A stretch of DNA of 64,000 nucleotides from Octopus vulgaris (Eukaryota), in the NCBI GenBank assembly GCA_951406725.2, contig OX597825.1, forward strand, positions 49,724,001-49,788,000, given 5' to 3'. The position numbers were made by a program, and so were the translations under genes. Of the stretch, positions 57,015 through 64,000 are shown piece by piece (the first letter of the stretch is position 1; the number at the start of each line of letters is the position of its first letter). Below the pieces are notes generated by a model. It made no database searches. It was not told the DNA's origin and was given only the letters and a program-made list of their open reading frames with translations.

Positions 57015-58142
57015 TAGGTGAGAGAGTTGGTGTGTGAAAGTACGTGATTGGATGTATAAAATATAAAAAAGAGTGAAAAAACTACAGAAGGCTTGTGTTA
57101 TAAGGTTAAAGTCGTTATGTTAGAAAGACGTTATAAAATTTTGTGTAGTGTTACATATTTTTTGAGAAATAACCGGTTTCGTATATTCTTTTCAAATTTC
57201 TCAAATTTCTTTATCTACATTGTGTCATGTATTCGCTATGAAGTGAAGAGTTCCACGCAGGGGAAGGTAATCAGGGATTTCTTCCGGTATAAGGGAGATA
57301 ATCGCTTTATATTTTATCTTTTCTTCAATGAGATGAGTTTCCTTGTATATAAATGTTAGAATGGTTATGATTTGGATTATATTTTTCAATGAAGAATTTT
57401 TCCTTGTTTAATCTAATTTGTGTTGGTGTTCCAATAGCACATTAATAGAATGGAACGATTAAAAATCGTGGTAGTAGTTGCTTTGCATATTTCTCAATAT
57501 GTTCACTAAAAGGTATCATTCTGTATTCTGGGAATGCAATCTGTTGTCGATGCTGAGTGCATCTGCGTCTGAGCGATAATCCCGTGGATGCTATGTAGTG
57601 TTGGTGGCAACCCGAGCATCTTATGACATAAATTAGGTTTTCTGAAGCACAAGTAAAATTAGATTTGATCTTGAATCTTTGCCCCTCTTTGAAAAGGAAT
57701 TCTGAGCCTTCTAGAAGGTTTGGGCATGTTACGCAGTTTGGTCTACCACATTTTTTTAGTTTTGTGTCCTTTATTTCAGAAAACAATTTTGCCTTTGTGA
57801 GGATCTTTTATTTGTAGCTCTTAATGATTTTATGGATGTTTAGAATTTCCTTTAATTTGGGGTCCTTATGAAGCATTTGTAAATTCTGGGTGATGATGGT
57901 GAAGGCTTCTTTGTTTCTGGGGTTGTATGTGGATATGTAAGGCAGTATTTTCGGGGAAGGTGTGTTGCTGTGTTGAACTTTTCTTAAAGTTTCTATGTCG
58001 ATTTCTGTTGCATATCTGATTCCATCCTCCATTAGGTAGTGTCTGTCAATTAGGGAGTCTTTGAGTTCTTGTAGTTCAAAGTTTCTGGTATTTTGTTCTG
58101 ACACTATTGTGCATATCCTTCTTGCAAGATTGAAAGGGATGT
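57015..58142 (-). mobile_element. Penelope-like element 3' part (thumb, GIY-YIG, terminal repeat with hammerhead relic at 57164-57202)
   Basis: IPFNLARRICTIVS; KCGRPNCVTC..FTCASENLIYVIRCSGCHQHYIAST..RRR..H; GAGAAAT-TTGAAAA-G(aatata)C-GAAA-C-cg-GTT-ATTTCTC. Confidence 0.92.
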
Positions 58143-58149
58143 TTGTTTA

Positions 58150-59038
58150 AAATAAACATCCCTTTTAATCAGAAATGTTGTCCACGAAGACATCAAACGA
58201 AGACTTATATGATGAGGAAAGGTCAATTTGTCAGGAAAAGCAAAAGAAAATTACTATATCAGATCTACAAAATTCTTAAACAGACTGAAAAATCCAGCAG
58301 AAGATTCGATTTTGATATTTTTGAAACGAGAAATACTTCGATCAAGAAATGACAGATAGTTATGTGCAGACCCTTCTGAAGTTGCAAGTGTTATACATAC
58401 AATTTTTCCTGAAACTGTCATGGTTTTTGGGCTTGTCAGCAACGAAGGACATGTGATGCCTCATTACTTCTTTCCACAAGGCTTTAGAGTTAATTCTGCT
58501 GCCTACATTGAGGTGTTGTAAAAAAAATGTTAAGCTCTTGATAGAAGTGTATGCAATGGAAGGCCATATGTGTTTCAGTAAGACTCTGCACTATCACACA
58601 TGGCCCTAGTAACACGAATGGATTGGTGAAAATTTTCCTGATCACATAACATCTAACATTTGGCCCCGTAATTCCCCAGATGTCAATCCAATAGACTATT
58701 ACACGTAGAGCGTTGTTGAGAGAGAGGTCAATTAACACGCCCATAACACCAAATATACTTTGAAAGCTGCCATAGCCAGAGTAATGTGTAAAAGGAACCA
58801 GGACCACTTGATTCGAGCATGTAGATGAATTAGATCTCATATAGAAACGGTTGTTGAAGATGAAGGTGGCTTTATTGAATAACATTATAGGAAAGAAGAT
58901 TTATTTTTATCCTCATAGCATATTATGATAAATATTATTATTATTATTATTTTATTTTTATTGTTATTATTATTTCTGTTATTATATATGTTTTTTATAA
59001 ACATAAATCTGTCCTCAAATATCCTACGCACCCTGTAT
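58150..59038 (+). mobile_element. maT-type transposon 3' part
   Basis: VMVFGLVSNEGHVMPHYFF..VFQ*DSA..WPRNSPDVNPIDYY; right end CACCCTG-TA. Confidence 0.85.
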
Positions 59039-59086
59039 ACATATATATATATATATATATATAAAATATATATATATATATGTATG

Positions 59087-59138
<52 letters not shown>

Positions 59139-59162
59139 AAATAATAAATCTCTTTCTGGCTC

Positions 59163-59208
<46 letters not shown>

Positions 59209-59210
<2 letters not shown>

Positions 59211-59515
59211 CAATTGCAGTGTGGAAGGCGTTTATAAGCCGTTTAAGAAACACACAGAAACCGTTAGATTCAATTCAACTTTTAAATTTAAATTCAACTT
59301 TTAAATTTGTCAAAAATATTTTCGTCGCTTTCAGACCGCGACCTGTTCACTAACAAAATTGCGTGCTGAATCTCACGCATATTTGTCAGTGAACAGGTCG
59401 CGGTCTCAAGGCGAAGAAAATATTTTGACAAATTAAATTTAAATGTTGAAGTGAATCTAACGGTTTTTGTGTGTTTCTGAAATGGCTTATAAACACATTC
59501 CACGCTGCAATTGTT
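59209..59515. repeat. ~307-bp foldback palindrome with a hammerhead-like fold in each arm
   Basis: Arms AACAATTGCAG...GCGTG and CACGC...CTGCAATTGTT around a loop at ~59366-59373. Confidence 0.93.
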
Positions 59516-60235
59516 TTCGTTCCAGCATACGATCTCAGATCAGGTCACTTGCTATGCAAGTACATCTCCGTAATATGTATGTATATATATATATATGTGT
59601 GTGTTTGTGTGTGTGAATACATGATAATCAGGACAGAGCTTTTCCACATTTATAATTTTATTAAGCAGTTAGTGACAGCGTTCTTTTGTGGACCTACTAC
59701 GCTCGTTTCAGTTGTATCGACCGCACACTGTCAGATGTGCATCTTGGTGCTTTTGTCGGTACAGTATCACCAAGGTCCATTATTTAATATCAGTTGAAGT
59801 TATGCTTAAGAAATGAGGAATTTGAATGAATGAATTATTTTTAGGTTTTGCTGTTGTATTTTCATTGACCTTCGTTTACCTCGGCTACGTTTTGTATGTG
59901 GAGGTAGATATAATCTTAAAATAGATTAAGGATAGAAGTTTGCACAGGATTATATATCTGTTTTGAAATAATTTTAAGAACTATCATCTTTGGAAGAATA
60001 TATATATATATATAAATATATATATAAAAGACAATGATGTCATTGAGACCTAAATGTGCCAGGTAATGCTGAATAAGTGCTATAGACAGACCATAGTTAA
60101 GTTCCAGATTCAGTAATATTGCGAATAAAAGGTTCAACGTTGGTTCTATGTCAGCGTGTGTAGATAAGAATTTTTTTGCGTAATAAGATAAAAAATCCAA
60201 AGCTGTGTAGATATTAGAGCCATCATAGATAGAAG

Positions 60236-60283
60236 GTCTAACGACGGTTTGTAGGATATTTGTTAATTATATCCCTTCATCGG
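60236..60283 (-). ncRNA. Degenerate hammerhead relic related to 32655-32702
   Basis: CCGATGA-A-GGGATAT..ATATCCT-A-CAAA-C-cgtc-GTT-AGAC. Confidence 0.5.
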
Positions 60284-60333
<50 letters not shown>

Positions 60334-60334
<1 letters not shown>

Positions 60335-60520
60335 ACTATTGAAAAGGTTGCAAGACACAATGAAAATTTTAGAAAAATAAAAAAGATATAAGTAGAAATT
60401 TTACCGGTGAGTATGTTAAATTATAAGGCACCAATAGAGAATGACTCTCCTCAGACACAACAGAATATGCTTCAACACACAAACTCACATAAAGGATCTT
60501 GCAAACCAGATCCCAAAACG

Positions 60521-60522
<2 letters not shown>
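60334..60522 (+). mobile_element. Short PLE-like element with a hammerhead-like fold (60336-60372)
   Basis: CTA-TTGAAAA-G-GTTGC(aagac)ACAAT-GAAA-ATTT-TAG; flanked by (TA)n. Confidence 0.6.
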
Positions 60523-60572
<50 letters not shown>

Positions 60573-61032
60573 TATGTATGTGTATACATATATAATCAAA
60601 ACAATTTATATTTAAATGGAAGTTTTTGATAGCGTTCAAATTGATTATACTTTTACATGAATAGTTGCTAAACCTCCTAAGTAATGTTCAAATGTCATCA
60701 ATAACAATTGAGCCTAGTTACACATTCACAAACTTTTTGCCTACTTGCATTCTTTTGTGAAATCTAAAAGATAACCCTGAGGCCTGAAGTTGACCTACCT
60801 TATCAGGTACACTTGAGTGCAAGGTTTTACATTCATGACTGAAGTTTGGACAATAACACTAACTACAATTTTAAGCAATAACAACTTTGCAAGATATGTT
60901 CCCATCAGAAGTTACGATACGTCCTAAATATCATTCAACATAGCTGCGTCTATATCAAGATGAAATCAAACGTACGACATTCGGATGATGGCACTGTCAC
61001 AAGTAGTCTTATAAAAATATAACAAACGCACG

Positions 61033-61076
<44 letters not shown>

Positions 61077-61400
61077 TACACACACACAAACACATACGCA
61101 CACACACACACGTATTTATGTACGCACATCAAGGAAAGTAAAGCTGAACTTCTTGCATCAAAACAACAAAATAATTCACTCAAGAAGCTTACTAAATTAT
61201 TTTCTACTGGAAATATTGCAAATTGAAGGACATAAATTGATTAGGAGAAACAGAAAAGTTTCATTCCATAACTGTTAGTAGATTTATAAATGAATAAGAG
61301 ATTCCTAAAACGAGCAATTATAAATGTTTATGTATATGCACATATGTGTGTGAGAATGTATATGTGTATATGCACACATACACACACACACACACGCAAA

Positions 61401-61431
<31 letters not shown>

Positions 61432-61493
61432 TTATATATATGTATATATATATATGTATATATACGTATGTACATATATATAATATATATACG

Positions 61494-61529
<36 letters not shown>

Positions 61530-61569
61530 CACACACACACAGACACACAGACACACACATATGTATATA

Positions 61570-61620
<51 letters not shown>

Positions 61621-62490
61621 TATATATATATAATTATATATATATGCTTGTTTGCGTGTATGTGTGTGTGTATCTTATCTGAAACAACTATATACTGATG
61701 TATACGTAAATTGTGATATCTCTATTATTGAGTATACTTAAGCAATTCATAATTTTAGACACGTTTCTCATCGCTAAGTAATGATATTTGTTTGTTCCTT
61801 CTATTTTCCATCTTCTCTACTTTTTAGTTCCTCTTCCTTTTTTGCTCATCTCACAAATGACTATTAAGCATGTGACTATGAAGTTAAATTGATAAATCCT
61901 GTGTAAGCCTATATATGACGGAAAACTATAACTTTGGACTAACAACACAACTGAATGCACTTTTAAGTTAAAGCAATACAAAACGAATATTCCCTTAGTA
62001 AGTACAGCTAGTACTTATTTAATGTACTTATCTTCTTCGAAGTGATTTTTTTACACACAATATATTACATATATAGGCAAAAATGTAGGGAATGAGACAT
62101 GCGTAAGTATTGGAGACAAACAGAACTAAATGAAATTAATGTAAAAGATACGATATTTAGAAACATATTAAATATGTCCCTCGAGATGATTGCTTACATT
62201 CCATTTCACACATTCAGTTACAAGTTCTTCATTCTCCGAAAGTATTCTTTATTACAGATTTTCTTTACTTTTATAATTCTCTTTTCACCATATCCCACTA
62301 TGCTTTCACCACATCTAATTATTTTGATATTTCATTACCGTTAAAGATTCATACCATTTTTTTCATTTTTCATGATTTTTCCCCTGCCTTTGTTTCCATC
62401 GAAGCACATTACTAGATGCGGAGTGACATTGTATTGCTTCTAATAAATAGTTTATTTGTTTGCACATAGAAATCCAGCTAATGCTTGTTA

Positions 62491-62724
<234 letters not shown>

Positions 62725-62727
<3 letters not shown>

Positions 62728-64000
62728 TAGTTTTATTTTTATATCGTGTTTTCACTTCACTACGGAGCACTGCTCTGTGTGCCTTGGGTATGTGCTGTGG
62801 TTTGTTGTGATGCTCTTATGGTTACTGTATTGAAATTGTTTTGCGTAGGATGTGTGCAGTGCCTAGTAGTGCAATTTTCTGTATGTTATATATATCTGTA
62901 AGTCCTGGTGTTTTTGTTATGTATTTGTCTGAATATTTTTTATCGTACCTAATGCGCCTGCTATGATAGGAATTGCTTCCGGTTTTAGATTCCACATTCG
63001 AGTTACCTCTATTTCCAGGTCTTTGAATTTTTAATGTTTCTCCATTTCATTTTAGAGGAACGTTGGCATCTGCTGGTATTGATACATCAATTAGAAAGCA
63101 TTTTTTCTTCATCATCTCTGACAACCATATCTGGCCTATTGGCCTTCATTTCTCTATCTCTGTGTATTGGCATATCCCAGAGTATTGATACATCAATTAG
63201 AAAATATTTTGTTTCTTCATGATCTCTGACATGTATATCTGGTCTGTTGGCCTTAATTTCTCTATCTGTGTGTATTGGCATATCCCAGAGTATGGTTGCT
63301 TTCTCGTTTTCTGTGAGCTTTTCTGGCGTGTGCCTATACCATCTTTTCCAGTTGTTATTCTATAATGTTGGCATAGCTTCCAGTGTATGTCGGCCTCAAC
63401 TCTATCATGTCTGTGATTATGTTCCTTCTTAGCCAGGACTGGGCAGCCAGAGATAATATGATTTATTGTTTCTTCTCCATATCCTCATATTCAGCTGTTA
63501 CTTGTATTTCTTTTCATTATATGGTTTTGGTAAATTCTGGTAGGGAAGCTTTGATCTTGTGCTGCATTTAAAAATCATTCAGTCTCTGCTTTGAGTCCTG
63601 AGCTTCTCAACCATTTTTGAGATTTTGTGTTGTCTATAACATTTCTGTTTAGTTTAACCCAGTATTCGACATGAAGGGGCTTTCTTTGCCATTAGTTGAT
63701 CATGATCCGTTGCTATTCCAGTTTTAGTCTGGAGTTCAGTTGTTAGGTACTACGACTTCTTTTTTGTATTTGCCAGCTTCCTTAAAACTGAAAACAAGTT
63801 TTTGTTTTGTTAGTGTCTCCTTTCTTCTGAAGTAGGCATTTCTGTAGTCCTATGGTGGTTGTTTTTAAATATCTTTGTACATTTATAGGGCCTCTACCAC
63901 CTTCGATACCTTGTATATATCACCTTTCCGTCAGATTTTGGGTGGTGCATCCTAAATTTTGTCCTTATTTTTCTTGATTTCCTGTGTATCTTGATTAGTT
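62725..64000 (-). mobile_element. R4/Dong-type LINE 3' part running off the window, with a ~107-bp internal tandem duplication
   Basis: MPIHTDREIKANRPDI occurs twice (63076-63292); 3' UTR matches the 19840-19905 family. Confidence 0.9.

Larger units (their letters stand above)
51950..59995 (+). pseudogene. Fragmented TLR D (51950-52112, 52442-52840, 55440-57000, 59618-59995)
   Basis: RKNY|YFHTLKNVLFKY; EEAFPVFSDIHLDI; LRRCT-like QPIHFSCK; RRTYLKLF..EDKEHFMAFFILH|DNQDRAF rejoins in frame across a 2.6-kb insertion; CILVLLSVQY; LF*NNFK. Confidence 0.65.
60030..62480 (+). pseudogene. Fragmented TLR E ectodomain
   Basis: (frameshift) LRNKIK; LFAYLHS; GFTFMTE..ILSNNNFARYVPIRSYDTS; IFRNILNM..IAYIPFHTF; LRRCT-like LLLINSLFVCT*. 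Confidence 0.5.

Noticed and set aside
59700-59790. Kringle-like GPW*YCTD on the minus strand
   Set aside because: No NYCRNPD or other kringle cysteines; the + strand TIR reading explains the region better.
59916-60200. 94-aa minus-strand ORF with vaguely TIR-like words
   Set aside because: No supporting domains on that strand; it overlaps + strand TLR relics and a (TA)n run.

Overview
AT-rich, microsatellite-dense eukaryotic DNA. The SINE/LINE repertoire resembles octopus (Octopus sp.; inferred, not checked). I found no intact protein-coding gene; most ORF-track entries are microsatellite translations. Much of the window is decayed transposons: R4/Dong-type RLE LINEs tied to (AAT)n tracts (one full length, 21212-25158), L1/Tx1, CR1, RTE, Penelope-like elements (PLEs), Tc1/mariner/maT, and several tRNA-derived SINE families. 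Two hidden layers emerged from manual reading. (1) The apparently unique DNA between repeats translates, through stops and frameshifts and always on the + strand, into LRRNT-LRR-LRRCT-TM-TIR remnants. This suggests a head-to-tail array of about 7 dead Toll-like receptor genes with very short spacers, split by later insertions. (2) About ten short PLE-derived units carry minimal hammerhead-ribozyme folds: one has a canonical core (53060-53138, minus) and several have recurring variant cores. All calls are by eye; none was computed or database-checked.
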